DNA of 64,000 bases from an uncultured virus (IMG/VR IMGVR_UViG_3300021092_000027) (lineage: Duplodnaviria > Heunggongvirae > Uroviricota > Caudoviricetes): the IMG/VR virus record IMGVR_UViG_3300021092_000027, one strand, 5' to 3'. The notes under the pieces are model-generated. The model worked only from the letters and a program-made list of their open reading frames with translations. It was not told the origin of the DNA and searched no databases. The stretch's first letter is position 1. Each line of letters starts with the position of its first letter. A program made the translations under genes and the position numbers. Shown here one piece after another: positions 16,446-27,618 of this stretch.

Positions 16446-17854
16446 TCAGCGATCTCCTTACGCCAGTCAGAGAAGGTATGCTCTTTCTTAACACAGTTAG
16501 GAACTTCCTTACCACCTTTTTTCTTGGTGCCTTTTGCTTCATAACCATCCCAGCAGGTAGAAGCACCGACGTTAGCACGAGCAGCTTTCATGCCCTCTTC
16601 AACCTCTACCTCTTCCTTCTTGGTTTTGTTAGCGTGCTTCCAAGCAGTAGCGTAAGCGATGGACTTTTCCTTCTCAGTCAGGTTTCCATCTTTTGAATAT
16701 GACTTTTTGATGTGCTTCACCGTGCGCTCTGCTTTATCACCAGGAGGAGCAACCTCATCAAGTTCTACTTCTTCTTTCTTAGCAGTCTTTGCTGCTTTCT
16801 TGAAGGCATCCTTTGCAGGATAATCCTCTTCACCTGGTCTAGCTGGACGCTCGCCACGCTCTCTCTTAGCGTGGATATTTGCATAGAGACCTTTCTTCTC
16901 TTCAATCTCTCCAACCTCTTCCTTCATCTTCTTACCCATCGCCTTGGAAACAGCGGCGCGACGGTTCTTCAAGTACGAATCAGATGAATCAGAATCTCCA
17001 TCATTATCTACATCGTCATCTTCTTTACCAACTGGATCAAGCTTCTTTGCTTTCTTTGCTTCGAGGACTTCTTGATTCTTCTCATCGTTGATGACATGCT
17101 CATGCATTTCGCTAACGAGAATATTAAGTGAAGCAACAGAGACATTATGCTCAAGACCATGCTCAAACATAACATCATAGTGAGTGATGTTACCTTGCTC
17201 ATCGAGTGTATGCATCTCCTTGATGCAGTTACCCTCTCCCCACTCAGAGTGCTCAACTTTAGTAGCGCAAGAGTGCTTAGGTTTCTTAACCTTTGGCTTA
17301 CCCTGTGTTCCAGCTGGTTCTGCCATCTTCATGCCAGGGGCATCACCGCCTCCGACTCCAGATGCACCAAGACCTTTAACGTCTTTGTTTGCCATCTTGG
17401 CAGAGTTATCATAACGCCAGGTCTCATCCACACGATCCAGGGGACCTTGATATTTTACTTTGCCAGAAAGTGCGGCGACTCCAGCTAATACGTACTCGTT
17501 GTTTTCCATCTTATCTTTTTTGGGGTCTGGGGGAATGACTTGTTTTACTTTAATTTTAGAGAAGGGTTGCTTCTTTTCTCCAGGAGTCAAAGACTGGAGA
17601 TACTCTCGGTAAGCATCAGTGCCGATTTCAAATGCTTCTTTGATATCGGTAATCCATGTCCTAAAAGTTGTTTCCTCAGTAGTCAAACAGAGAACATAAT
17701 TTGGTCCACGGCGGATGATCTTTCCAACCTTTCCACTTTCCGTAAGAATCCACTCACCTACTTTATAAATTTCATTACGATAAAACTTGTTACGGTTGAT
17801 GTTTGTTTCCGCAACCTGTGCTTTCTTATGGAACTCGCTAAAACTATTCATCAA
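16436..17854 (-). CDS. Lys/Glu-rich modular late protein, putative head-internal protein
   Basis: 472 aa; TATAAATA promoter at 17876-17883; many (I/L/V)xE and EE sites. Confidence 0.75.
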   Translation of the reverse strand: MMNSFSEFHKKAQVAETNINRNKFYRNEIYKVGEWILTESGKVGKIIRRGPNYVLCLTTEETTFRTWITDIKEAFEIGTDAYREYLQSLTPGEKKQPFSKIKVKQVIPPDPKKDKMENNEYVLAGVAALSGKVKYQGPLDRVDETWRYDNSAKMANKDVKGLGASGVGGGDAPGMKMAEPAGTQGKPKVKKPKHSCATKVEHSEWGEGNCIKEMHTLDEQGNITHYDVMFEHGLEHNVSVASLNILVSEMHEHVINDEKNQEVLEAKKAKKLDPVGKEDDDVDNDGDSDSSDSYLKNRRAAVSKAMGKKMKEEVGEIEEKKGLYANIHAKRERGERPARPGEEDYPAKDAFKKAAKTAKKEEVELDEVAPPGDKAERTVKHIKKSYSKDGNLTEKEKSIAYATAWKHANKTKKEEVEVEEGMKAARANVGASTCWDGYEAKGTKKKGGKEVPNCVKKEHTFSDWRKEIAEKK

Positions 17855-17885
17855 TAATGTTTGAGGATCATACTTTATTTATAAC

Positions 17886-18440
17886 TCATGACATATTAGA
17901 CCTAATCTCTTCCATCAATTTCCGCGCATCTGAATCACTCAAAGCCTTTGGAATACCAGATCTAAACGTTGCCAGATCTCCAGCAAGAGCTGCTCTCCGC
18001 ATCTTGGTTCCAGATATTGCAAATGTATCTCCATCAGCATCTCTTTCACCAGAAGAGATCACTTCAAGTTTCCTAAAAAAGAAATCCTTACCATTATACT
18101 TTTTAATCCACTGCATAGCAGGAACTCGATCAGATCCAACTACCATAACAGCATCATCATATCCTTGTGTCTGCAGCTCTTGCAAGATTGATACTGGATC
18201 TTTGGGTCCACTGCGAAGATTGTTTGTAGCCCAAGGAAACATCTTCTTAGCGTAAAATAATTTACGATCTGGAGGTAATGGATTTTGCCCCTTACTATCT
18301 ACACTCTGAGACAAATAAATGTACCAGTCACATCCTCCAGCTTTTGATCTGACTGCTCTAAAGTTTTCTTCGTGTCCTATAGTTGGTGGTTGAAATCTAC
18401 CAAAGGTAAAGTAGACGCATTTATAATCTACTATTTCCAT
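17886..18440 (-). CDS. Cytidyltransferase-like (HxGH) nucleotidyltransferase
   Basis: FGRFQPPTIGH, VVGSDR, ISGTKMR. Confidence 0.85.
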   Translation of the reverse strand: MEIVDYKCVYFTFGRFQPPTIGHEENFRAVRSKAGGCDWYIYLSQSVDSKGQNPLPPDRKLFYAKKMFPWATNNLRSGPKDPVSILQELQTQGYDDAVMVVGSDRVPAMQWIKKYNGKDFFFRKLEVISSGERDADGDTFAISGTKMRRAALAGDLATFRSGIPKALSDSDARKLMEEIRSNMS

Positions 18441-19664
18441 TTACTTCCAGTCCTTCTCTACCGTGAAATTGTTATAAGAAAATTCCAAACGATTCACCAA
18501 CTTAATCATGTCCCCATCAAGGTGAAGTACATATCCTTCAGGATTAGTTACCTGATAACCATTCGGAGTCTTAACAAAATATCTCACTGCCCCTAAACCT
18601 TCTACTCGGTTGAGCTCATCAATAACAATTTGTTTGTTATCTTGTATCTTTTTATATAGCGCAAGCATAGCGCGAAACTCATTCTCATGATCCTCAAGAT
18701 ATTTCAAACCAGCATACATTAAGGTTCTCTTTTCTGTTTTTGCTTTATCGGATTTGAGTCCATCTATAACCTTGATCATTTTAGTATGATAGAACTCACC
18801 CAAAGCCTTTAAAGTTTTTCTTGGATCAGATATAGATCTCTGCTTCTTCACTTCATCATTAAAAAATTGCTTGACGTAGGAAGCAACATGATATTTTTTA
18901 TCACCAGTTGTTCCCATGTTTGCGACAAGAGCATTCAAAAAATCTTTGGTGATGGTACACATTCTATTAATGATCGTCACATTTTGTTCGAATGTTCTCA
19001 ATTGAGATTGAGGAATTGCAGTGTCAACTAAAGGAGTATCATTAAAGAACTGAACAACTTCTGGTAGATCATTAGTCTGCGGAACATTTGCTCCAGCTCT
19101 TGCTTGCAAAGCAGATGGGTCCATGTACTGACCATCATAATGAGTATGAAATACAATACCCACCTTAGCTTGCATGATCTGTCTACCCAAAGGGTGATCA
19201 TAAGGAACAGCATATGTGAGAGTGTTCATCCTAAATGTGACATACCTCTCTTTATCAATTACCTCTACCTTCAATTTGTCTTCTGTGAAAAGAACATCAC
19301 CCTGAACAATCCCTTTGATATTCATTCTGGGAAAATACTTGAAGCATGTCTTTAAGGTTTGCCCAAGACCACCAGATCCATACAACATATCAATTTCTTG
19401 TTCGTTGTATGCAATCTTTGGAGTTCCTACATTAAATGCAGATTTGTTTGCCACAAAAAAATCATTAGATTCTGGATCGTATCCACAGACTATAGATGGA
19501 GATCCATCCCATTTTGTCTGCATATAACCAGATCCTTTTTTCTCTCCCATCATTTTGATGAGTTCGCGCATGAACCTAACTGCGGCATGACATCCTTCTA
19601 CGCCATAGTTAAGCATTTCATCTTCAAGGTGTTCTAGGTGAGTAAGGTGAACTACGTTTGCCAT
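18441..19664 (-). CDS. ATP-dependent ligase-like nucleotidyltransferase of unknown substrate
   Basis: KWDG, QGDVLF, EGYV and IKLV motifs in ligase order. Confidence 0.65.
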   Translation of the reverse strand: MANVVHLTHLEHLEDEMLNYGVEGCHAAVRFMRELIKMMGEKKGSGYMQTKWDGSPSIVCGYDPESNDFFVANKSAFNVGTPKIAYNEQEIDMLYGSGGLGQTLKTCFKYFPRMNIKGIVQGDVLFTEDKLKVEVIDKERYVTFRMNTLTYAVPYDHPLGRQIMQAKVGIVFHTHYDGQYMDPSALQARAGANVPQTNDLPEVVQFFNDTPLVDTAIPQSQLRTFEQNVTIINRMCTITKDFLNALVANMGTTGDKKYHVASYVKQFFNDEVKKQRSISDPRKTLKALGEFYHTKMIKVIDGLKSDKAKTEKRTLMYAGLKYLEDHENEFRAMLALYKKIQDNKQIVIDELNRVEGLGAVRYFVKTPNGYQVTNPEGYVLHLDGDMIKLVNRLEFSYNNFTVEKDWK

Positions 19665-20854
19665 CAGATCATCTCCCACTCCGAACGACCAGCTTTAGGA
19701 TAGATAAAGATTCTAGTCCCAGGAACTCCAAAGTCAGAGCGATCTCCTTTACGTGCCATGAACACTGGTCTTGCCTCACCACTAAGAAGTTCGTTCATTT
19801 CATTTTGACTATCAGTGTGGATACTTCCTTCAACTTTCAAAACCTTTTGATCGTTACCAGAAAGGCTAGTTGGTTGACCCTGAATAATTAACTGAACTGA
19901 GTCGGAATTGTATGACCCTCTTCTATACAAAGGACCATAAACTGCTTCCACCTTCAAAGTATTATCATCTATCTCTCTTCCAATATTTGTTCCAGGAGGA
20001 GCACCATTTGGATATCTAGTCTTTAGATCATTAACAAAGTCTAAAACTTCTTGGTTGTTCCTATATCCAGATAAACCACCCCACTGTTGGAAATCTTTTG
20101 GTTTGCTTCCTTCCTTCAACGAAGTAAATCCAGTGATTCTCAAGTCAGTATTATTCTTGTAGTATAGGAATACAATATCTGCTTTTGGATCAGACGAAGC
20201 TCCAGGTGCTCCCATGGCACCAACACAATTTGGAATTATGAGACTTCCAACCTTAAGATCAAAGAGCATAGACTCCCCGTTCTTTCTTCTCTTTTCTCTC
20301 TCAGCACCAACCAACTCATTAAAGTTATCTAACCAATCAGCTTCAACTGTTTTACCTGGTTTTAATAGAGTGAGGTTTTCTGCTGCAGCAATAGATTCAA
20401 GGTGTCCCCATTTCATATTTCTAGAATTCATGGAGACTTCTCTTCCACCAAAATCTGTTGTCTTCGACAGAATTCCCATAGAATGTAATTGATAGTCTTC
20501 AGAGATAACAAATATTTTTGTACCGAATCCAGGATCAGTTTTCGATCTAAAATAATTATTGAATCGATTTATAAACTTCCGTACATCTTTACCGTAATTT
20601 GCTGGGTAAATGCATTTGTAATCTTTAATGTCACACCCCAACAGTCTTTCTGCTTTTGTACCTTTTGCTAGGGTACGAGGACTTTTATAGGCGAGACCAA
20701 TAAGCTTTACACTATCTCCTGCAGGAATGTTTTTGCCGTAGACCTTGACTTCTTTTTCCAAAACAAATCCAGCTCCATCAACAACGTACTCATGAAATCT
20801 GCGTAGATTCTGGAGTTGCCTCTTTTTAAACTGAGACCAAGAAAGTGCTGCCAT
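19664..20854 (-). CDS. Hypothetical protein with possible PD-(D/E)xK nuclease-like C-terminal domain
   Basis: PKADIVF…SLK…FQQWGG. Confidence 0.5.
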   Translation of the reverse strand: MAALSWSQFKKRQLQNLRRFHEYVVDGAGFVLEKEVKVYGKNIPAGDSVKLIGLAYKSPRTLAKGTKAERLLGCDIKDYKCIYPANYGKDVRKFINRFNNYFRSKTDPGFGTKIFVISEDYQLHSMGILSKTTDFGGREVSMNSRNMKWGHLESIAAAENLTLLKPGKTVEADWLDNFNELVGAEREKRRKNGESMLFDLKVGSLIIPNCVGAMGAPGASSDPKADIVFLYYKNNTDLRITGFTSLKEGSKPKDFQQWGGLSGYRNNQEVLDFVNDLKTRYPNGAPPGTNIGREIDDNTLKVEAVYGPLYRRGSYNSDSVQLIIQGQPTSLSGNDQKVLKVEGSIHTDSQNEMNELLSGEARPVFMARKGDRSDFGVPGTRIFIYPKAGRSEWEMI

Positions 20855-20876
20855 ATAAAAAAATCTCCCCATCTAT

Positions 20877-21515
20877 TTAGAATCGTTTCCAAAAGCGTGG
20901 GGAGAGTAATCCTGCTTCACTTCCAACCTTATGTTTTTTCAAGGTTAGCACGATGTCTCCTGCTAGAGATATCCGAGTGTGCAGTCTGTCAACTGGCACA
21001 GTGTAGTGCTCTAGTGAACCAGGGAATATTAATAGATGTTCCGCTTTGGGTTCAATCACATAGTCTCGTGTGTTCAACCCGTTCTGCTGACCAGTGAAAG
21101 AGAATGCTGCACCAAACCACTGGTTAGGATTTTCTGTGTGAAATACAATTGGATCTCCAGTTGGTTGCACATAATATACAAAGCTAATATGAGCACAAGA
21201 GTGATAGTGCATCGGAAAGGATTGACCAGGTTCACAAATACCAAACCAACTTTTTGTTACATTAACCTCAAAGGAATCAGTATCCATATCAAAGTGATTG
21301 AGATATTCTCTCGTCTTCCTACCAATCGCTTTGAAGAAATCATGCAATCTCTTATCTTGATGAACTAAAACCTTTCCAGTTAGCTCACCAGTTATCTTAC
21401 CGCCATCAGTCTCAAACTTATGATCGTCATACGATTTATAAATGGCAGGCAAAAACCCTGGTAGGTCTGTTTCGTAGACTACCAGGGGAGCAAAGGTATG
21501 GAAATTATACGCCAT
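20877..21515 (-). CDS. 2OG-Fe(II) oxygenase-like protein
   Basis: MHYH, SFVYY, IFPGSLEH, RISLAG. Confidence 0.8.
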   Translation of the reverse strand: MAYNFHTFAPLVVYETDLPGFLPAIYKSYDDHKFETDGGKITGELTGKVLVHQDKRLHDFFKAIGRKTREYLNHFDMDTDSFEVNVTKSWFGICEPGQSFPMHYHSCAHISFVYYVQPTGDPIVFHTENPNQWFGAAFSFTGQQNGLNTRDYVIEPKAEHLLIFPGSLEHYTVPVDRLHTRISLAGDIVLTLKKHKVGSEAGLLSPRFWKRF

Positions 21516-21798
21516 ACTTGTCAAACAACTTGCGGATGTTTTGTGTAATGCCCATGCCGCCAGTGTAAGTTTCTAGAAGTTCTGCATTCTCATCAACAAC
21601 AATCAAAACGGGAGTGGCAGTTACACCATACTTCTTTGCAAGATCCAAATTCTCTTGTGGAATAGGGACATCACTGAAGTCTTCGAGATAAACTTCTTCA
21701 ATAACACTGGTACGATTATCTTTAAGTGCATTAAGATATCGCTTAACTAATCCACAAGGACCACAAGAGTCCTTGGTAAACATAATAAACTTATTCAT
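21505..21798 (-). CDS. Thioredoxin/glutaredoxin
   Basis: CGPC active site; YGVTATP. Confidence 0.9.
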   Translation of the reverse strand: MNKFIMFTKDSCGPCGLVKRYLNALKDNRTSVIEEVYLEDFSDVPIPQENLDLAKKYGVTATPVLIVVDENAELLETYTGGMGITQNIRKLFDKYGV

Positions 21799-22199
21799 CG
21801 ATCATCGGAAGCACGGTTTTCAGAATAGTGAATATCAAACTGCCCGCCAGGATAACGCTTCTCAAGCTTCTTGACATTACGCTCTAAGACTTCATCAAAT
21901 GAAATTCCAAGTGCTTGAGTTGCTTGTGCTACGTACCAAAGAATATCACCCAACTCAATAATGAGATGTTCTCGATTGTCGTCGTTCCAAGGCTTACCTT
22001 GGAAAACCATCTTCTTAACAATCTCAAGAAACTCACCGCCCTCAGCATTAATGCCAACGCCAGCAGTAAGCAGTCGTTCAATATTGGCACCTTTAGCATC
22101 AAGCTCAACAAGGCGATCAGCAAGGTAAACAAAATCTTTAGAAGCGTCACTGGTGACTTCATCTACAAAATGTTCATAACGCTTGAAATCGATGCTCAT
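21795..22199 (-). CDS. mazG: MazG-like nucleotide pyrophosphohydrolase
   Basis: AEGGEFLEIVKK…ELGDILWY…KLEKRYP. Confidence 0.93.
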   Translation of the reverse strand: MSIDFKRYEHFVDEVTSDASKDFVYLADRLVELDAKGANIERLLTAGVGINAEGGEFLEIVKKMVFQGKPWNDDNREHLIIELGDILWYVAQATQALGISFDEVLERNVKKLEKRYPGGQFDIHYSENRASDDR

Positions 22200-23572
22200 A
22201 CTTTAAATCCTGAAAATTTTTGTAAAATATCACTGGGGTTGATCTCTTCATCAAAGTCTTGCCCAGAATCAACAAGGTTTTTTTGTGCTGACTGTTCACA
22301 ATCATACAGCCTCATCTTCGCTCTGTCAATACCTACGACAAACCTTTTGTTAATGGTGGGATCGTTATATCTATTCTTCAATTGTTTGATCATAATCTGT
22401 CCAACCTGTTCCAGGTCTTCCGTACTAATAAGAGCAAACATAAGATCGGCAGTAGCAGGAAGCCCAAAGGATTCAGAAGTATCAGTAAGTTCAACATCAG
22501 AGCTACCATAACCAGAGCGAGTAGTTTGGGTGGCTGATACGATGGGAACGTTGAACTCCACGGCGAGTCCTCTAAGTTCTTCTGCGATAGCTTTGACAAA
22601 TGTGTAGGAGTTGACCAGAGAACCCTTAAAACGCTGGGAAGAGCAAATATTAAGGTAATCAATAAAGATAATATCTGGTCGGAAATCTTTCTTGAGAGCA
22701 AGATCATTAAGAAGAGCACGGAAATGACCAACGTGTGCTGATGCAGTAGGATACTCTTTAACAATTAACTTACCTTGAGTTTTCTTAGCAAGACTATTTA
22801 CCTTGTTTTCAAACATCATCTTAGGCAATTGTGCCAGTTCTTGAATGTTAACGTTTAGAAGGTTGGCATCAATACGTTCTGCAATCTTCTCTTCAGACAT
22901 CTCCAAGGTAACATAAAGAACGTTCTTATTTTGCAGAAGAGTTGCAGCTGCCATGTGACACATGAACAGAGATTTACCTACACCTGTACCAGCAAGAGCG
23001 ATATTAAGAGTCTTGTTTGGAATACCTCCCTTTGTGATCTTGTTTAGCATCTCAATATCAAAGGGGATCTTACTCTCTACCCTGTGGTAGCTTTCATAGC
23101 GTTCACTATAATCTTCGATGTAGTCATGACCAATATGATTATCGAAAGATACTCCCAGCGCGTCACTAAGAATACTAGGAATAGCATCGGGAGTCTTGTT
23201 ATCATCCTTGCCATCTGCAATTCGGATAGACTCCATGAGCGCAAGGTAAATTGCCCTCTCTTTACACCACTTCTCCGTGGTGTCGAGCGCCCATTCAAGT
23301 TCCGATTTCTCATCATCAATACCTTGTATATACTCAACAATCTTTTTGTGCTGATCGTCAGAAATATTATCAAGGTGTCCAGCTTCAATCTCCATAGCTT
23401 CCTTAGATGGAATGGAGTTGTACTTGGAAAAATAATCAAAGATCATCTGGAAGATAGATCTATCCTCCATGCTTGAAAAATATTCTGGCTTGACAAATGG
23501 TAGAGTCTTTCTTAAATACTCCTCATCATTCAGAAGATTCTTTAATACCAGATTCTCTACTGTACTCATCAT
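22196..23572 (-). CDS. gp41: Replicative DNA helicase (T4 gp41-like)
   Basis: AGTGVGKS, IFIDY, SATQTTR, QLKNRY. Confidence 0.96.
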   Translation of the reverse strand: MMSTVENLVLKNLLNDEEYLRKTLPFVKPEYFSSMEDRSIFQMIFDYFSKYNSIPSKEAMEIEAGHLDNISDDQHKKIVEYIQGIDDEKSELEWALDTTEKWCKERAIYLALMESIRIADGKDDNKTPDAIPSILSDALGVSFDNHIGHDYIEDYSERYESYHRVESKIPFDIEMLNKITKGGIPNKTLNIALAGTGVGKSLFMCHMAAATLLQNKNVLYVTLEMSEEKIAERIDANLLNVNIQELAQLPKMMFENKVNSLAKKTQGKLIVKEYPTASAHVGHFRALLNDLALKKDFRPDIIFIDYLNICSSQRFKGSLVNSYTFVKAIAEELRGLAVEFNVPIVSATQTTRSGYGSSDVELTDTSESFGLPATADLMFALISTEDLEQVGQIMIKQLKNRYNDPTINKRFVVGIDRAKMRLYDCEQSAQKNLVDSGQDFDEEINPSDILQKFSGFKV

Positions 23573-24107
23573 GCGTAACCACAAAAGTAAACATCAAAGT
23601 AAATCTCTCCTCCTTAGACGTATTGATTGGAGAAGATGTATCCACGTAGGAAGGATAGATTACAAGATCTCCTTCCTTCACCCACAGTCCCTTTACAGAA
23701 TCAAACTCATTTGTAATGGTTTCTGGTTTCACACAGTTTAGCACATTATAAGCTGGATGGTAGTAGACATCTGCATGATGTTTGGATTCGTCATATTTCA
23801 AATAGTGTACAGCACTGTAGTGCCCTGGAAGGTAGGTGTCCCTAGGAAGAGACTCTCCTGATTTTAGCACAACCAGGGCGGCAGATGTGATGGTGATAGA
23901 TCCGATTGGATAGACCTCATCTCGGAATTCATCCAGAGTCTCCACATAGATTCCAAGAAGTTCTTGGATGTAATCATCGTAGTAAATGAATGGAGAGGGA
24001 ACTTGAAATTTATTGGACTGATAGAACCCTAAAATGTTTTGCTTTACTTCTTCAGTTAGATCTATGTGATACTTTCTAAATGGTGCAGAAAACAAATCAG
24101 ACTTCAT
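23526..24107 (-). CDS. Degenerate 2OG-Fe(II) oxygenase-fold protein
   Basis: [16 protein letters not shown] and RFTLMF retained; metal-binding His residues apparently absent. Confidence 0.55.
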   Translation of the reverse strand: MKSDLFSAPFRKYHIDLTEEVKQNILGFYQSNKFQVPSPFIYYDDYIQELLGIYVETLDEFRDEVYPIGSITITSAALVVLKSGESLPRDTYLPGHYSAVHYLKYDESKHHADVYYHPAYNVLNCVKPETITNEFDSVKGLWVKEGDLVIYPSYVDTSSPINTSKEERFTLMFTFVVTHDEYSRESGIKESSE

Positions 24108-25120
24108 GATTCAGTTCCATATTTAAACTCTTGCCCTGCTGCCCAATCAAGCTTCTCCATCACTTCTTCGGTGAAGTATTTTTCGGGATCAGCAAGAATA
24201 GCAGAAGGATAAACGGAAGATTCCCCAACAACGACCCTATTGCCTTTGCGTTCGAATACTCCGTACTTCTCACCCAATTCCAGTAGTCCGTAATAGCGAT
24301 CCAGTCCCCTTGCATCATAGTACAACCTTGTTTCTACCTTTGCATTCTCTTTCGTCAGACGAGACTTTGCAGTAGTTGCCTTAATGATATTACCGATGAC
24401 TTCTTTACCATCTTTCTCCTTTGACTTGCTGAGATAGATGATAGTGCTAGCTGCATACTTCAGACCACTTCCACCACCCATTTCTTTGGTGGGAACATAA
24501 GCACCAACAACATCATAGGTGTGGTTAGTTACCAGCATAGGAACTCCCGCTTTACCAAGCTTGAGAGTAAGGATCCTAAAGATTGCTTTTACCACTTGAG
24601 CACGGGTCATATCTCTGGTATCTTTTCCAGCAGCAGAGTCTTCCATCTCTTTACTAGTGGAAAGCATACCAAGACTATCAAGTACAAACATCATGGGTTT
24701 GCGATCTTCTTTCTTTTGCTCAAGATACTTATCTAGGATCTTGATAGCTTGTGTACGAAACTCCTGCACTGTAGTAACAGGAACCAGAATCATTCGATCT
24801 CCATCAATACCACGCGAGAGAATCATCTCTTTGCTGATGGCAGATTCAGATTCAAAATAAACTACTCCAGCGTCAGGGTTCGCCGCCAGGTAGTGCTGTA
24901 CCACCCCGAGGCAGAAAAAGGTTTTACCAGTAGACGACTCACCCGCGATGGCTGTGATCTTGTTTGATGGTACACCACCGAAGATAGAGCCGCTAACCAG
25001 AGCGTTAAAAATATAAGAACCGCTATCAATAAACGATTCGATGTCACCGATACCTCCTTCGCTAATGAGTCCCGCATATTCATTACCGATATCTTTGACT
25101 ACTTCTTGCAAAAAATTCAT
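24104..25120 (-). CDS. uvsX: RecA-like recombinase
   Basis: [24 protein letters not shown]. Confidence 0.96.
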   Translation of the reverse strand: MNFLQEVVKDIGNEYAGLISEGGIGDIESFIDSGSYIFNALVSGSIFGGVPSNKITAIAGESSTGKTFFCLGVVQHYLAANPDAGVVYFESESAISKEMILSRGIDGDRMILVPVTTVQEFRTQAIKILDKYLEQKKEDRKPMMFVLDSLGMLSTSKEMEDSAAGKDTRDMTRAQVVKAIFRILTLKLGKAGVPMLVTNHTYDVVGAYVPTKEMGGGSGLKYAASTIIYLSKSKEKDGKEVIGNIIKATTAKSRLTKENAKVETRLYYDARGLDRYYGLLELGEKYGVFERKGNRVVVGESSVYPSAILADPEKYFTEEVMEKLDWAAGQEFKYGTES

Positions 25121-27618
25121 GAGAATAAAAATTCAAGGTTAGTTACTTTTTCCGTCTTCCATCCTATCACGTCTAGGATGATTTGTAAAGGATCGACAAA
25201 TGCTTTTTGGAATTGAGCATCACGATCTATGCTATTCTCCAGCTCAAGTTCTGTGGGGAACGTATTGAGAAAAGAGATAACATTTTCATTAATTTTATTT
25301 GGGCGGCGAAGATAAAGAAACTTAATCTTTTCACCTTCCTGAATTAATGGATACTTATACTCTAGGTTTTTTTGAGCAACATAAAAATTGTATAGCAGCG
25401 TGCCACGAACATGTATAGGGGTTCCCTTTGTATACACTGTTCCGTGCGATTTGAACTTACTGAGCCCATTTACAGACCTCGGAAATGCGATATCTTCGGG
25501 TGGTAATGAGTTGAATTCATCCCTAAAGTTATCTATGAATTCAATCAAGTCATCTTCAGTTTTCGACATAATAATTGTCAGGGCTTCCTTAATTGCCTGA
25601 CGGCAAGGAGCAGGTGTTGAAGACTTTACTGCTTCGATTCCCATCATCTTGAGCTTGGGTTCTTTATAGCGAACACCCTCACTATCCCAGACGTTTAGGA
25701 TATAACGTTTTTTGGCAGTCCAGATTCCACTAGAAGCGATGTTCTCTCGCTTCATCATCATCTTCTGCTCATATGCATTTACATATCTCGCAAGGGTCGA
25801 ATAAGAATCTTCAATATATTTTTCAAGTTCCATTTGACACACCTTGTCAAGGAACCCCACGATGCTCTCATCATCTTTCTCTCTTCCTTCGTATACAGTC
25901 TCAACCAGAGGACCCAGATTAAGGTAGATTGAATCAGTATCAGAAGCAATAACATAGTCAACTCCATCAGTTTTGAGAATCTTGTTTAGGTAGGCATTCA
26001 TCTTGTTCTCAATCCAGCGGATAGATACCTGACCAGAAAGAGTGATTGCCTCAGCATTTGCTAGATTGTAATAACGGAAGTATTGATTTCCGATGGCACC
26101 ATAGGCAGAGTTAAGCTGGATCTTCCTTGCCATCTGAATGTTGTTGTATTTACTAATTGCTTTGGTCAATTCCTGAGATGGATTCTTTTCATACTCTTGC
26201 TTTGCCATAAGCATTAGCTTTTTAGACTGGACACGTTCATCGTAGATCTTCTGCATCATCTCTGGCAGAAAACCATGAATGTCTTTGCGATACTGAGATC
26301 CATTTGCACAGAGACAATATTTTGGATCGGGTTGAATCTCTTGGTTTAGGATCCTTTCAACAGTCGCAGTGGGATGTCGCCTTTCGGTAAGTGTCTCTGG
26401 CGAGATGTTGTACTGCATAATAAGATGGGGATACAGGCTATTAAGGTCAAAACTAACCACCCAATCATAACGCCCAGGAATCGGTTCTTTGACATATGCT
26501 CCAGCGTACTTTTCGCTTTTATCGCTACGTTTAGAGGGAGGAACAACAATATTCTTATCGCGAAGAAAGTTGTAGATTAAGGTATCCCACATGCGTACCT
26601 GGAAGTACACATCTTTCATGTTTACCTTAGCGTCATATGCAAGAGCAATAGCAAGTTCAACGAGTTTCATTTTTTCTTCAAGGCGAAGAACAAGCTCCAC
26701 GTCCTTGATGTTGTAGTCGATGAACTTTTGCCAGTTACGAGTATAGAACTCCTTGAAGTTCTCAAACTCACTGTGGTCCAATTTGTTCTGTCCCAATTCT
26801 ACATAGGCTATATGATCCAATCTATACGATTCTTGGTTCGTATATGTGAACTTTTTATACAAATCAAGGTAATCCAAAACATTAACACCATAGATGTTGT
26901 AAATGATTTGCTTCCTTCCTTTGATTTCCATCTCCTCTCGGTGAACAATTCCCCAAGGGGAGATCTGCTTCATTTCCTTTTCCCCAAACAGACGTTCCAA
27001 ACGTCCACAAATGTACGGGATATCATACAGCTCCACATTCCATCCCGTGAGCACATCTGGAAATGCAGTTGACCAATAAGATAAGAAAGAACGGAGCAGA
27101 TGTTCTTCACCGTCACACAGAATATATTCAACATCCTTGCGATCTGTCTGATAGGGTTTCGTACCCCATACCTTAATCTTCTTGGAGGTATAGTCCTGGA
27201 CTGTAATCGATAGAAGCGGTTCAGCGCACTCTTGCACGTTAGGAAAACCATTTTCACATGCAACTTCAATATCAAGCGACGTAATCTTAAGAGCCTTAAG
27301 ATTATAATCAACTTCTCCTGGGTACTCCTCTGAGACAAATTGATATAAGAAACGGTCATATCCATGGACTTCAAAACCCTGTACTTCCCGATACCTATCT
27401 ATGAACTGACGAGCTTCACGAACGGATTCGAACTTGATAGGCTTGGCGTAGCGACCATCCAAGGTCTTGTGCTTGGTCTGCTTATCAGTAACAACAAAAA
27501 GAGTCGGAGAGAACTTCATCTTCCTTTGGATACGCTCAAGCAACCCGCCAGGTCCCTCTTCATATCCAAGGTAGAGAAGGTCATCTCCGACCAATTGAAC
27601 GTTTGTGTAAAAACTCAT
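25117..27618 (-). CDS. gp43: Family B DNA polymerase (T4 gp43-like)
   Basis: Exo [27 protein letters not shown]. Confidence 0.98.
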   Translation of the reverse strand: MSFYTNVQLVGDDLLYLGYEEGPGGLLERIQRKMKFSPTLFVVTDKQTKHKTLDGRYAKPIKFESVREARQFIDRYREVQGFEVHGYDRFLYQFVSEEYPGEVDYNLKALKITSLDIEVACENGFPNVQECAEPLLSITVQDYTSKKIKVWGTKPYQTDRKDVEYILCDGEEHLLRSFLSYWSTAFPDVLTGWNVELYDIPYICGRLERLFGEKEMKQISPWGIVHREEMEIKGRKQIIYNIYGVNVLDYLDLYKKFTYTNQESYRLDHIAYVELGQNKLDHSEFENFKEFYTRNWQKFIDYNIKDVELVLRLEEKMKLVELAIALAYDAKVNMKDVYFQVRMWDTLIYNFLRDKNIVVPPSKRSDKSEKYAGAYVKEPIPGRYDWVVSFDLNSLYPHLIMQYNISPETLTERRHPTATVERILNQEIQPDPKYCLCANGSQYRKDIHGFLPEMMQKIYDERVQSKKLMLMAKQEYEKNPSQELTKAISKYNNIQMARKIQLNSAYGAIGNQYFRYYNLANAEAITLSGQVSIRWIENKMNAYLNKILKTDGVDYVIASDTDSIYLNLGPLVETVYEGREKDDESIVGFLDKVCQMELEKYIEDSYSTLARYVNAYEQKMMMKRENIASSGIWTAKKRYILNVWDSEGVRYKEPKLKMMGIEAVKSSTPAPCRQAIKEALTIIMSKTEDDLIEFIDNFRDEFNSLPPEDIAFPRSVNGLSKFKSHGTVYTKGTPIHVRGTLLYNFYVAQKNLEYKYPLIQEGEKIKFLYLRRPNKINENVISFLNTFPTELELENSIDRDAQFQKAFVDPLQIILDVIGWKTEKVTNLEFLFS

